This document shows, piece by piece, positions 46,252-56,548 of a stretch of 64,000 bases of DNA; within the stretch, counting starts at the first letter, position 1, and every line of letters starts with the position of its first letter. Position numbers and translations under genes: made by a program. The notes under the pieces were generated by a model. That model was given only the letters and a program-made list of their open reading frames with translations. It was not told the origin of the DNA and did not search any database. The DNA lies in NCBI GenBank assembly GCA_964478075.1, contig CAYZGO010000004.1:60492-124491 (forward strand), read 5' to 3'. This DNA is from an uncultured Anaerolineales bacterium (lineage in GTDB: Bacteria > Chloroflexota > Anaerolineae > UBA2200).

Positions 46252-47342
46252 ATAGACTGGCGATCGCTCTCAAGAACACGCCACTTCTCTTGCGCGGCGT
46301 CTATGAATACAACATCGCCAGCCGTTTTGGCCCGTTGCCGCCGCGTGAATGGATGTTTCCGGTTACCTACCGCTGTGATGCGCGGTGCGTGATGTGCAAT
46401 ATCTGGCAAAGCAGCAAGGCTGGTGAGCTGAGCATAGCGCAATGGAAGCACATACTCGATGATCGTCTGTTTGCTGGCATCGAGAGCATAAACCTGACTG
46501 GTGGGGAGCCCACCCTGCGTCGTGATCTGCCACAACTGGTGCAATTGCTGATAGACAAGCTGCCAGCCTTGCGGCGGTTGACGCTCACGACCAATGCTTT
46601 GAACAGCAGCCACGTCATCAATCACTGTGAGCAACTCGGTGAGCTCTGCGCAGGTCGTGGCATCAGCTACTTCGTCGGCGTCTCGCTGGACGCCATAGGC
46701 CCTCTGCACGACGAGATGCGGGGCATACCAGATGCCTTCGAAAAGGTGGAGTGCACGCTCGAAAGACTGCAGCGTCTCCGCGAACAAGGCAGGCTGCGGG
46801 TCGGTATCAACTGCACGCTCACCAGCCACAACCTGCACGACGCCAAGAACGTCCGCCAGTGGTGCGCTGAACGGGATTTGGAGGTCAACTTTATTATCGC
46901 TTCGTTCGCCGAAAGCTACTACGCAAACATCGAAGCCGCGAAGGACCTGGAAATCACAGCACAACAGCGCAGGGCGCTGATCGCTTTTCTGACCGAGCTG
47001 GCTGCACAGAAATCACTGGGGAACCTTGCCGCTTACTTTTACGCTGACGCAGCACGCATGATAGAAAGAGGAACGGCACGTACGACCCCTTGTGTATTCC
47101 AGAAAGATGCCTTCATCCTAGATGCTCGGGGAGACCTGCAGTACTGTATGTACAGCCGCAAGCTCGGCAACGTGCGCAAAGAGAGCGCAGCAGCTCTGTA
47201 CTATGCACCGCAGAACCTGGCCCACCGCCAAGAGATCATTGCGAGCAAATGCCAGAATTGCACAATCACCTGCTTCCTGGAACTCTGCCTGGCCAAGGAT
47301 GCGCTCAAGTACTTGAGATTCCTGCTCGGAAGGCGAACATGA
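46248..47342 (+). CDS. radical SAM protein with C-terminal Cys-rich (SPASM/twitch-like) region
   Basis: CDARCVMC (CxxxCxxC) near the N-terminus and a C-terminal CQNCTITC cluster. ATGA start/stop overlap with the upstream gene. Confidence 0.7.
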   Translation: MNRLAIALKNTPLLLRGVYEYNIASRFGPLPPREWMFPVTYRCDARCVMCNIWQSSKAGELSIAQWKHILDDRLFAGIESINLTGGEPTLRRDLPQLVQLLIDKLPALRRLTLTTNALNSSHVINHCEQLGELCAGRGISYFVGVSLDAIGPLHDEMRGIPDAFEKVECTLERLQRLREQGRLRVGINCTLTSHNLHDAKNVRQWCAERDLEVNFIIASFAESYYANIEAAKDLEITAQQRRALIAFLTELAAQKSLGNLAAYFYADAARMIERGTARTTPCVFQKDAFILDARGDLQYCMYSRKLGNVRKESAAALYYAPQNLAHRQEIIASKCQNCTITCFLELCLAKDALKYLRFLLGRRT

Positions 47343-48109
47343 GTCAAGATCCTGTGCCTAACAACCTTGAACAACCGCGTGACGAATACCGTACCATACC
47401 CGAAGGAGGCTTGGCGGCCAATTTCTGGAACTATGTGCAGCGAGTGACAGGCGAGCGCTCGCTTGGTCGCTTTGTGTGGCAGGGCACTGTCCTGACGCTG
47501 CTGTACCGCCTGCCGACCATCTGGACATCTATTCTGCGTGGCATCATCTACCGCACCGTGCTTGGTGAGGTCGGCTCGTCTTGCCTGATCGAAGAAGACG
47601 TCCGCTTCCGTGTCCCACGACGCGTTTTCCTCGGCAGCCGGGTCTTCATAGGCCAGTACAGCCTTCTCAATGCAACCTGCAAGGACAGTTTCATCCGCCT
47701 GGGCAATGACGTGCACCTGGCCCGCTTCTGCACGCTCCGGGCGGGCAAGCGCGGCATCACTTTACACGATGGCGTGGGGATCAACCAATACACCTTCCTG
47801 GACGGCAATGGCGGGGTCGAAATCGGGCCAGATACACTCCTTTCGCCAGGGGTGCAATGTATCAGTGGCAACCACATCTTCGACAATCCTGACGTGCCCA
47901 TCAAGTACCAGGGCACTGAGTATGGTAAGATTACCATCGGTGAGGATTGCTGGCTGGGCACCAACGTGATTGTGCTACCAGGAGTCACCCTTGGGAGGGG
48001 CGCAGTCATTGGAGCAGGAGCCGTGGTAACAAAGGACATCCCTGCATACGGCATCGCGCTGGGCATCCCGGCCAAAGTGATTGGATTTCGAGGCGAGAAT
48101 GGCAAGTGA
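47339..48109 (+). CDS. hexapeptide-repeat (LbH) acyl/acetyltransferase
   Basis: Left-handed beta-helix hexapeptide repeats in the C-terminal half ([31 protein letters not shown]). ATGA overlap with the upstream gene. Confidence 0.75.
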   Translation: MSQDPVPNNLEQPRDEYRTIPEGGLAANFWNYVQRVTGERSLGRFVWQGTVLTLLYRLPTIWTSILRGIIYRTVLGEVGSSCLIEEDVRFRVPRRVFLGSRVFIGQYSLLNATCKDSFIRLGNDVHLARFCTLRAGKRGITLHDGVGINQYTFLDGNGGVEIGPDTLLSPGVQCISGNHIFDNPDVPIKYQGTEYGKITIGEDCWLGTNVIVLPGVTLGRGAVIGAGAVVTKDIPAYGIALGIPAKVIGFRGENGK

Positions 48110-49626
48110 GTACGGACTTGAGTGACGGCAACGGGACCCCTGATCTTGCCAGGCCCGCAGGCCAGTTGGCGCCAGGCATAGCCTTGGTGCTCGCTGGTCA
48201 GGCGTCTTTTGTGCTTTGCGGGTACCTGCTCCACTTTTACCTGAGCCGCGCCATTGGCCCAGTCGTTTTCGGCACGTATGGCGTGATCATAAACGTGTTA
48301 ACCTGGACGGAGAGCGTACTTGAGAGCGGCGTCCCCTGGGCAGTGCGCAGGTTTCTACCGGCGGATCCCAAAGCTTCCACCTCCATCCTGCGCGCTGGCC
48401 TTACGTGGCAAATGATCGTCACGACGGTACTCTATGCGATAACCATGCTTGCAGCGCCCTGGTTTGCGGGCGTCATTGGGGATAGCGGCCTGACCTTCCA
48501 CCTGCGCCTTGCGCTCACAGACCTGCTGCTGATGGCCCTGTATACTTTCTATCGCGCTGCACTCAACGGGTTCCGATTGTTCGCCGCACAGGGTGCATCC
48601 ATGGCCTCCTACGCTGTAGGTAAGCTGGCATTCAGCGCGCTGTTGGTGAAATTGGGCTACTCGCTGACAGGCGCACTCGTCGGCAACATTCTGGGAAGTC
48701 TGATAGGATGGCTGGCCACTTTCTTGCTGCTGAAACGTAGGATTGGATCGGAGCTGAGCCGCACTGCCGCAACAACTGCGCGTGCTTCCCGGCAGTACAA
48801 TGGGCGAACCATTCTGGGTTTCGCCCTCCCTACCGTGCTGTTCACACTTGCCAGCACATTCCTCACCAGCGTGGGCCTAGTCGCAGTAAAGGCGTTGGTA
48901 GCCGACGGCTCGCAGCTCGGTCATTACACTGCCGCCAACTATCTGGGCACCGCACCAACACTGCTGCTCGCAGCATTCTCACTGACGCTCTTCCCTCACC
49001 TAGCCAGCTCCATCGCTGCCAAGAATTGGAATCTGACGAGGACGTACATCCGTTCTGCCGTCCGCTATCTTGCTCTGGTGCTGATCCCTGGCACCTTCCT
49101 AGTGCTAGGCACCTCTCCACACCTCATATCCGTTGTCTATCCGAGACAGTATGCGGTGGCTGCCCCTCTGTTGAACCTGCTGATCATCAGCACAGGGCTC
49201 TACGCCCTGTACATGATCTTTGCCAATGTGATTCTCGCAGAAGGTCGGGTGTTCCTGGCACTGAGTATCCCCAGTGCACTGTTACCTGTGAGCCTGATGG
49301 CTACCTGGTATCTGACCAGGCAGCTCGGCCCGTCGGGCGCTGCGTATGCCGCCGTGCTGACCAAGGGACTGGCCGCACTAGCAACAGCCGTTTACGTGCT
49401 GCGGCATTATACAGTGCATCTGGACTGGACATCCCTGCTGCGGGTAAGCATAGCGTCATTGGGCATGTATGGCCTGACACGGCTCTACGTGGCACAGGGA
49501 GCACTGTTCTTGCCCTACTGTCTGGTTCTCGGCGCCATGTATCTGGCGCTGCTGTGCCTGCTAGGAGAGGTCAGTGTTAAGGATCTGCAGAAATGGCGCG
49601 CCGCCATATCAAGCGTGCTTCAATAA
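48106..49626 (+). CDS. polysaccharide biosynthesis protein / oligosaccharide flippase (MOP superfamily, Wzx-like)
   Basis: About 12-14 TM helices across the whole length. GTG start overlapping the upstream stop (GTGA). Confidence 0.7.
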   Translation: MSTDLSDGNGTPDLARPAGQLAPGIALVLAGQASFVLCGYLLHFYLSRAIGPVVFGTYGVIINVLTWTESVLESGVPWAVRRFLPADPKASTSILRAGLTWQMIVTTVLYAITMLAAPWFAGVIGDSGLTFHLRLALTDLLLMALYTFYRAALNGFRLFAAQGASMASYAVGKLAFSALLVKLGYSLTGALVGNILGSLIGWLATFLLLKRRIGSELSRTAATTARASRQYNGRTILGFALPTVLFTLASTFLTSVGLVAVKALVADGSQLGHYTAANYLGTAPTLLLAAFSLTLFPHLASSIAAKNWNLTRTYIRSAVRYLALVLIPGTFLVLGTSPHLISVVYPRQYAVAAPLLNLLIISTGLYALYMIFANVILAEGRVFLALSIPSALLPVSLMATWYLTRQLGPSGAAYAAVLTKGLAALATAVYVLRHYTVHLDWTSLLRVSIASLGMYGLTRLYVAQGALFLPYCLVLGAMYLALLCLLGEVSVKDLQKWRAAISSVLQ

Positions 49627-49724
49627 AGGGTTGTTATGAAGTACCGCTTCGAGGACTGTTTTTCAGACGAGGATTGCAGCACAGTTCGGCAAGGTGAGGA
49701 GAATCGCATCAATAAGGACAGACT

Positions 49725-50666
49725 ATGAACAAAGAGCATGTGTATCTTTCCATTGTCATCCCAGTTTTCGACGAGGAAGCAAGCGTGCAGCCACTGCTGG
49801 AGGAGCTGGAGCCAGTACTGCAGTCACTGCATCGCCCCTATGAAGTCATCTTCGTGGACGACGGCAGCACTGACGGCTCGTTCGCAGCGCTGCAGCGATT
49901 GCACGACGCAAGCCCGGCCAACATCCGCGTTATTCGCTTCCGTCGCAACTTTGGCAAGACAGCAGCGCTGTCAGCGGGCTTCAAGCGTGCTCGAGGCGAA
50001 GTAGTGGTGACCATGGACGCCGATTTGCAGGACGACCCGCACGAGCTGCCAAAGCTGCTGCACAAGCTGGATGAAGGCTACGACCTAGTCACGGCCTGGA
50101 GAGAGCAGCGTCGGGATTCGCCATGGAAAACGCTCCTCTCGCGCATCTTCAACAGTACCGTTGCCCGGCTCACGGGTATCAAGCTGCACGATTTCAACTG
50201 CGGCTTCAAAGCCTACCGGCTGCAGGTGGCGCATGAACTCAAACTGTATGGTGACCTGCACCGCTTCATCCCGGTGCTGGCCTACTGGAAAGGCTTCACT
50301 GTCACCGAAGTTCCCGTTCTGCATCGCCCCAGGAGTTTTGGTCACTCCAAGTATGGGTGGCAGCGTATGGCGCGGGGCTTCTTCGACTTCCTGGTGGTAC
50401 TGTTCGTGACGCACTACCTGCGGCGGCCGCTCCAGTTGTTCGGCACGCTGGGCACCATCAGCTTGATCGTTGGCATCGTTCTCGGTCTCCACCTGACGTA
50501 CCTGTGGCTGTTCGGTCCTGGCATCGGCTGGCGTCCGGCGCTGTTCGTGGATATCCTGGCGGTTGTGGTTGGCGTGCAGCTAATAGCCATCGGTCTGCTC
50601 GGTGAAATGCTGCGCAACTTTGCCTACCGCAGCGAGGACGAATATTCAGTGCGCACCGAGCTCTGA
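49725..50666 (+). CDS. glycosyltransferase family 2, polyprenyl-phosphate sugar transferase type (DPM1/ArnC-like) with C-terminal TM helices
   Basis: SIVIPVFDEE...VIFVDDGSTDGS and DADLQD (DxD) motifs, two C-terminal TMs. Confidence 0.85.
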   Translation: MNKEHVYLSIVIPVFDEEASVQPLLEELEPVLQSLHRPYEVIFVDDGSTDGSFAALQRLHDASPANIRVIRFRRNFGKTAALSAGFKRARGEVVVTMDADLQDDPHELPKLLHKLDEGYDLVTAWREQRRDSPWKTLLSRIFNSTVARLTGIKLHDFNCGFKAYRLQVAHELKLYGDLHRFIPVLAYWKGFTVTEVPVLHRPRSFGHSKYGWQRMARGFFDFLVVLFVTHYLRRPLQLFGTLGTISLIVGIVLGLHLTYLWLFGPGIGWRPALFVDILAVVVGVQLIAIGLLGEMLRNFAYRSEDEYSVRTEL

Positions 50667-50824
50667 TTGTGAGCCAGGTCTCCACCTCTCGCTCCCTTGG
50701 GAGTGATGCATCCTAGTCCCCAGCCAGCCGTCCGTGCGTGAGTTGTAGTGCCGGACGGGCAATTGCGTACAGCGTCCTCTCGCAGGCTGACTCCTCAGCT
50801 CGAACTATTGCTTTGACTGCCAGC

Positions 50825-51646
50825 TCAGTGCCGTACCATCATGCCAGGCTGACACGTACGACAAAAGTTGGTCAATCGCCGCCGGGCCGTTATCTCCGAA
50901 ATCGGGTTGCCACAGCATGGGCAAGGCTCTCCCCCATGGCCATGCACCTGCAAGAAATCGCGGATTTCCACGTGGATGTCGGCCCCTACGCGTTCGCTCA
51001 AGGTTTCGATCGCCTCTCGCAACACAGTGTGCATAGCTTCGTATACTCGCCGCACCTCATTATCGCTCAACGAGCGCTTCTTGCGGAAGGGGTACACGCC
51101 AGCACGGAACAGGATCTCGTCGGCATAGGCATTGCCGATGCCAGCCACAAAACTCTGATTGGTGAGGATACCCTTGATCTCGCCACGGCGGCGGCGCAAG
51201 CGCGCGGTGAAGACCTCGAATGTCAACTGCGGATCAAGGGCCTCTGGTCCCTGTGAAGCAAAGGCCGGCACCAACTCCGGGGCCGGCGTCAGATAAATCT
51301 TGCCCATTGTCACAGCATCGCTGTAGCGCAGACTCATGCCACCTGCAAAACGCAGCACCACAAAGGGCTTGCCTGGGACCTTTTTGCCAGAGGTGTGGTA
51401 GCGCAAGCGGCCTGCCAGCATGGGGTTGAGGACCAGCCAGTCGCCAGACGAGAGTCTGAAAAGCAAGAACTTGCCTCGTCTGGATACGGACTCGACACAC
51501 TGTCCCACGAGACGCGAAGCAAAGTCATGCTCTGTCAGGTTTCGCACCACGATAGGCTTCAGAACGCTGGCCTGTTCGATCCTGGCACCTGTCAACTGAC
51601 GTTGTAGGAACTCGGCGATGACCTCAAGATCAGGCAGTTCTGGCAC
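50825..51646 (-). CDS. mutM: formamidopyrimidine-DNA glycosylase
   Basis: PELPDLEV N-terminus and C-terminal zinc finger CPCCGNPI...CRTC. Start moved to the in-frame GTG at 51646 so the mature protein begins with the catalytic Pro2 (GGAGGG RBS 4 nt upstream). The ORF-track TTG start would add 4 residues. Confidence 0.8.
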   Translation of the reverse strand: MPELPDLEVIAEFLQRQLTGARIEQASVLKPIVVRNLTEHDFASRLVGQCVESVSRRGKFLLFRLSSGDWLVLNPMLAGRLRYHTSGKKVPGKPFVVLRFAGGMSLRYSDAVTMGKIYLTPAPELVPAFASQGPEALDPQLTFEVFTARLRRRRGEIKGILTNQSFVAGIGNAYADEILFRAGVYPFRKKRSLSDNEVRRVYEAMHTVLREAIETLSERVGADIHVEIRDFLQVHGHGGEPCPCCGNPISEITARRRLTNFCRTCQPGMMVRH

Positions 51647-51658
51647 AGCACCCTCCAA

Positions 51659-52816
51659 TCACCCCAATCTGCCGTGCCTGCGCAGCAGCGTCAGTAGTGC
51701 TGCGATGGGCAGCGCCTCACTCACGTGCCCATCGCGTCCCTCCATTGTGTCTGCCCTCAGCAGCGCGTTGAGCACTGCTTCCTCTGTGGACTCCGCCACA
51801 GCGTGAAACAGGCCATCGAGCACTGGTGCATTGTCTTCCACCAGTTCCAGACGTCGCGTCAGAGAGGAAGGCGCATGTGCAATCCGGTTGCTCGTGGAAA
51901 AGGCCAGCACAAAGTCCCCGCTGCTATGGCTGGCGATGGCTCCTGTGCGCGCCAGACCGTGGACGGCGCGGCGTGCTATTCTGGCCAGTTGGTGTGGGGC
52001 GAGTGGCGCATCAGTGGCAATGACTACCATCACTGAGCCCCCTGCAGAGGCCGCCTCGCTGGCAGCCACTGGCAGTTCGCCTCCGACGGGCACACCCATC
52101 ACCAACAGGTCACGCCGCCGTCCGAAATTGGCAACAAGCAGTACCCCGACGGTGAAAGCACCCAGGGACGCAGGCAGCCGCCGGGAAGCTGTACCAACGC
52201 CCGCTTTGAAGCCAAAGGCTGACATACCTGTCCCGGCACCTACTGCCCCCTCTTCGACGGGGCCACTTACCGCCGAGTTCAAAGCGGTGAAGACGTGTTC
52301 GGCGCGTAGGTGGCGGCCCTGCATGTCGTTGAGGTAGCCATCGCTGCACTCACCGACAACTGGATTGACCGTTGACGTCGTGATGCCGATGTCTGGGTTC
52401 CGTTCTATGCACCACTGCACCAATGCGTCGACAACGAGCCCGACACTGAGCGTGTTAGTGAGCACGATAGGCGTTTCCAGAGTGCCCAGCTCTAGTATCT
52501 GAGGCAAACCGGTGCATTTGCCAAACCCGTTGATAACGTGCACAGACGCCGCCACTTTGTCACGAAAAAGGTTACCGCCGTGGGGCAATACCGCTGTCAC
52601 ACCGGTGCGTACCGGTCCCTTGCCAGGAACGAGGGCACCCTGTCCAGCGATCAACGTGCAGTGCCCCACCAGCACGCCTTCCACATCGGTGATCGTATTC
52701 GAGCGCCCCGTTGGCATTTCGCCCACAGTGATGCCCACTTCACGCGCACGAGCCCGCTGATGAGCTCCCTCTGGCAATGTCTTACGGCTCAAACCACACC
52801 TCCCTTCTTCAGCCAC
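51659..52816 (-). CDS. P1-family (DmpA/OAT-type) aminopeptidase
   Basis: N-terminal RARAREVGITVGEMPTGRSNTITDVEGVLVGH and an internal autoprocessing-type G/S-T region, typical of the DmpA (S58) fold. Confidence 0.7.
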   Translation of the reverse strand: MAEEGRCGLSRKTLPEGAHQRARAREVGITVGEMPTGRSNTITDVEGVLVGHCTLIAGQGALVPGKGPVRTGVTAVLPHGGNLFRDKVAASVHVINGFGKCTGLPQILELGTLETPIVLTNTLSVGLVVDALVQWCIERNPDIGITTSTVNPVVGECSDGYLNDMQGRHLRAEHVFTALNSAVSGPVEEGAVGAGTGMSAFGFKAGVGTASRRLPASLGAFTVGVLLVANFGRRRDLLVMGVPVGGELPVAASEAASAGGSVMVVIATDAPLAPHQLARIARRAVHGLARTGAIASHSSGDFVLAFSTSNRIAHAPSSLTRRLELVEDNAPVLDGLFHAVAESTEEAVLNALLRADTMEGRDGHVSEALPIAALLTLLRRHGRLG

Positions 52817-53727
52817 TTTCTAGCCTTGGCAGAATCCAAACTGGCTCTCCCCACTTTTATCTGCTGTCGTCTGCGTGCTAACTCGGTGAGAACCTGCTGT
52901 TCGGCAGCAATGGCGCGGTAAGCAAAGGCAGGCAGCGACATAGCAGCAGCCACAGAGGCGAAGGCCAGACTCTCGGCAGGCCCAACGCCGGCCAGGAAGC
53001 GATGGACGAAAGAGGCCGCAAAAGCATCGCCCGCGCCCGTCGCATTAACCATAGGCTGTGGACAAGCATTGACGCGATAGAGGTTTTCTCCCCACGCCAG
53101 AAACGCACCGCGTTCGCCACAGGTGATCACACATAAGAGATGTGGCCCGCCCTCACACAATCGCGCCACGGCCTGTTCGAGTGTGTCCCCGCAAAGCTCC
53201 CGCGCCTCGCGCTGGTTCAGGAATATCCCGGACAAATAGGGCAAGAGACGGGAGAATGCGCCGAACTCTCCCTTATAGTCTCCCTGTGGCGAAAGATAGA
53301 CCGCCTGTCCATGAGTGACTGCCTTGCGTGCCACTGCTAGTTGGTAGTCAGGGGGTGCAGTGCCCAACCACACGCACGTGGAAACCCAAAAGCCTTCGCC
53401 CAGGGCATCCACGTGCAGCAAGCGTCCTACACCAAGCTCATAGTGAAAGCGCGAGATGTGCCCCGCAGAATCGTAGACCAGATGTATCTTTGCGTTGGGG
53501 CCCTGCGCGACCTTGAGCCTCCACAGAATGTCATCACGTTGCAGTTCGTCTAATAGTGAGCGATCAAAGTCGGTGCCCACCTGACTCCAGAACTGCACTG
53601 CATGGCCAAGCCTGGTCAGAGCAATGGCGCTATAGACTGCCGATCCCCCCAGGCAGTATGTTTTCACATTGGATTGCTCCAGACGATCCATGGAGAGAAC
53701 GCCTGTCACGCTGAAAGTGTACACCAC
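52789..53727 (-). CDS. PfkB-family carbohydrate kinase (ribokinase-like)
   Basis: GGSAVYSAIALTRLG glycine-rich sugar-binding motif and C-terminal NATGAGDAF anion-hole motif. Confidence 0.7.
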   Translation of the reverse strand: MVYTFSVTGVLSMDRLEQSNVKTYCLGGSAVYSAIALTRLGHAVQFWSQVGTDFDRSLLDELQRDDILWRLKVAQGPNAKIHLVYDSAGHISRFHYELGVGRLLHVDALGEGFWVSTCVWLGTAPPDYQLAVARKAVTHGQAVYLSPQGDYKGEFGAFSRLLPYLSGIFLNQREARELCGDTLEQAVARLCEGGPHLLCVITCGERGAFLAWGENLYRVNACPQPMVNATGAGDAFAASFVHRFLAGVGPAESLAFASVAAAMSLPAFAYRAIAAEQQVLTELARRRQQIKVGRASLDSAKARKWLKKGGVV

Positions 53728-53787
53728 GCAACTAACGCCCCTGCTGTGTGTTTGCTTAGGCAGATACTCGTATCAGGAGAGAAAACC

Positions 53788-54639
53788 ATGCCCAAGATTG
53801 CCATAGTGACCGATAGCGCGTGCGACCTGCCCGAAGGCCTGCAAAACAGACACGGCATCAAAGTTGTACCGCTGGTAGTACGCTTTGGCACAGAGGTCTA
53901 TTTGGATGGCCAATTGACTCTGGGCGAGTTCTGGAATAAGGCACGGCAAGGACCGCCGCACCCCGAAACATCACAGCCGTCTGCCGGGATGTTTGAGGAG
54001 GCCTTCGCGCCACTGGTAGAACAAGGTTATCACATCATCTGCCTGGTCATTACCAGCAAACACAGTGGAACGTTTAACTCTGCCTACGCCGCCTCACAGA
54101 GCTTTCCCGGGCAGGTCACAGTGTTTGACACACTTTCTCTTTCGTTGGCTCAGGGGTAGCAGGCCATCGCCGCAGCCCAGGCAGCAGTAGACGGACGCAG
54201 CGTGGAAGAGATCATAGCCCTGCTGGAAAGAATCCGCGCCCGCACACACCTGCTCATCGGTTTGGACACCATCGAGTACCTGCGACGCGGTGGACGCGCT
54301 GACCAAATCATTCCCGTGCTGGAGCGCGTGGTTCGCGTCCTGAACATCAAACCCATTTTGCAAGTAGTAGATGGCCAACTCAAGCTCCTGGGAGCCGCTC
54401 GCTCGCGTGAAAAGAGCATGCAGCGGATTCAACAGGGAATCGCCGGGTATGGGCATGCCGAGATGCTGATTGTTGCTCACACGCAGCGAGGCGACGAGGC
54501 GCCCGACTTTGGCCGCGCACTCGCTGAGCGTCTCGACTTTCCCTTCGAGGAAGTCATGATTGCTGAAGCAGGGCCTGTCCTGTCAAGCCACGCGGGGCCA
54601 GGAGTCATGGCTGCGGCCATCGTGCAGCATGTCGCCTAG
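53788..54639 (+). pseudogene. degV: DegV-family fatty-acid-binding protein interrupted by an in-frame TAG at 54157-54159
   Basis: N-terminal half (MPKIAIVTDSACDLP...) and C-terminal half (...EEIIALLERIRARTHLLIGLDTIEYLRRGGR...) are in the same frame, separated only by one amber codon. AGGAGAGAAAACC RBS before the ATG. Confidence 0.6.
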
Positions 54640-54861
54640 TACTACAACCTCATTTGCTTTGGAAACCCGTATTTCTCGCGCCTGCAACCTCAATCCGCCA
54701 GCGTTGCAGAACAGCTTCGCCAGGCAGGCAGAGGAGAAGAAGCGTTTCTTTCCCCGCCTCTCTCGCCCTGCGGCGGCATCTGTGTGGTTGCCCGGGGCAG
54801 GACGGGCAAGCCGCTATCCCAAAGCTGCAGTACTAGCGATGCGCTTCCTATCTGGCCCCTC

Positions 54862-56400
54862 TCAGTCGTACTTGACTTTGTCGGTCACGTCAACGAGTTG
54901 ATAGGGATGTCTATAACTCGAGTAGTAGCTTTGGTCGTCCAACAAGCCATAATCTGTGTGAAGATAATAGTCAAAGATCAGTCTGAAGGTATTGACAGGG
55001 GTTATGGAATCATACAGAAGATCGCTGCCTCCTTGGGGTAGATAGTATGCATTAAAGATCCTCATCCTCTCCTTGAGCATAATCTCCGTTGGTTGTTCCC
55101 ACCCGGGACCTTTGGGGTGGCTAAAGGTTGAGGCGCCACCATGATCTGCTTGCAATACCACAATCGGCGGGACTTCTGAATTCGACAGTATCTCATCAAC
55201 GAGCATTTCCACTTTTTTGTTGACGAAAATGAGCTGATTCACATAGTTCTCTGTCTGCGTCCAGACCCATCCGCTCATCTTGAGTACTGTGTCTGCAACC
55301 GGTTCCCCATTCGCCCCAAACAAATAGGGCGGATGGGGAACAGTGATATGCGCAAGAACAAAACGCGGCCCTTCGATTCTATGCGTTACTTCAGCCAGTT
55401 TCGAGAAAGTGCCCTGCACCCTCTCTCTGGCGACGTCTCTAAGATATAGTCCGAAGGGATCTAGCATAGTCGTTTGAACCAACACTGTAAGGAATTCGTT
55501 TCCTATACCACACGCGATATCCAAATCGGCATACTGATTGCGATCCGTTGGCCCCCAGCCGGACCTGAAATTGACGAACTTGTACCCTCTCTCTTTCAGC
55601 AAACGCATTGCTTTGCTGTTTCTGATCATCTGATAAGGCACGCTCCGGTCTTGCGACCCTACTCCCAGTGTGTCACTCAGGTAGTTAACGTATTCCATGT
55701 TCAAGGATGATGACAGCGAAAGGAAAGTCGACGCGTAATTGCTCACGCTCTCGGAAGCTACATAGAAGCCTGCGTCTTCCAAATAGCTAGTGAATTCGCA
55801 GTTATCATAACCATAGATCTCCTGCAGCGTGCTCGAACTGGCATAGCCATCCAAGATGATGTAGTAAATGTCCGGAAGCGTTTGTGCTTCCCCTGCATTT
55901 GTCGTGGCAGCTTCTCCGCTCTCCGCGCTTCTGTCGTCCTGCCAGACAACCCTCGTTTTGAGCTTGTAGGCGCCAATGCTAATCAGAGACATCACAACCA
56001 GGGAAGCTGCCACAATGTTCACAAAGCGCGTGAGATTGTGCAAATCCCTGCGCGTCTTCAAGCAAAAGCCAGCGCCAAGAACAAAGACAATAGCTGAGCT
56101 TAGCAGAAGATACCTGGGCCTGCCAAGATCAAATGGGCCTATGACCAAACCGTCTATCACACTATGAATATGCCCGTACGAGAAGAAGAGTAGCAAGAAA
56201 AGGGAGACGATTAACCCCGCCTTTCGCGTGTTCCTCAAAACAAGACTCAATAACGAGAACAAGAGGAGAGCAACGCCGAGAGCGACTGCTATCGGGACGA
56301 GAGCCTCACTCAATAAGGCGGAACCTATGTTATTGGCATAGAGGGACAAGACGGGGTATACTGCAAAGAGCAGAGGGTGAATAACAACTGATTTATTCAT
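54862..56400 (-). CDS. LTA-synthase/sulfatase-like membrane protein (5 N-terminal TMs plus extracytoplasmic alkaline-phosphatase-superfamily domain)
   Basis: N-terminal polytopic region then DIYYIILDGYASS, the metal-binding start of a PF00884-type domain. Noticeably lower GC than the window average. Confidence 0.65.
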   Translation of the reverse strand: MNKSVVIHPLLFAVYPVLSLYANNIGSALLSEALVPIAVALGVALLLFSLLSLVLRNTRKAGLIVSLFLLLFFSYGHIHSVIDGLVIGPFDLGRPRYLLLSSAIVFVLGAGFCLKTRRDLHNLTRFVNIVAASLVVMSLISIGAYKLKTRVVWQDDRSAESGEAATTNAGEAQTLPDIYYIILDGYASSSTLQEIYGYDNCEFTSYLEDAGFYVASESVSNYASTFLSLSSSLNMEYVNYLSDTLGVGSQDRSVPYQMIRNSKAMRLLKERGYKFVNFRSGWGPTDRNQYADLDIACGIGNEFLTVLVQTTMLDPFGLYLRDVARERVQGTFSKLAEVTHRIEGPRFVLAHITVPHPPYLFGANGEPVADTVLKMSGWVWTQTENYVNQLIFVNKKVEMLVDEILSNSEVPPIVVLQADHGGASTFSHPKGPGWEQPTEIMLKERMRIFNAYYLPQGGSDLLYDSITPVNTFRLIFDYYLHTDYGLLDDQSYYSSYRHPYQLVDVTDKVKYD

Positions 56401-56548
56401 GATCTATCCAAGCTGGCTCCCTTGTCATCAGATACAAGGTTCCTTTGGAATTTCCGATCTTGACAAGGCTTCCTGAAAACTGCCGCGTCACCGTCACCGG
56501 CTTTCAACGCTCCACATCCATCGCGAGTATGTCTCTTCCTTCCGTGTC

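Noticed and set aside
54157-54159. Recoded amber (pyrrolysine or alternative genetic code) in degV
   Set aside because: TAG functions as an ordinary stop elsewhere in the window (for example miaB). There are no pyl genes here and no second in-frame TAG in other genes, so a nonsense mutation or sequencing error is far more likely.
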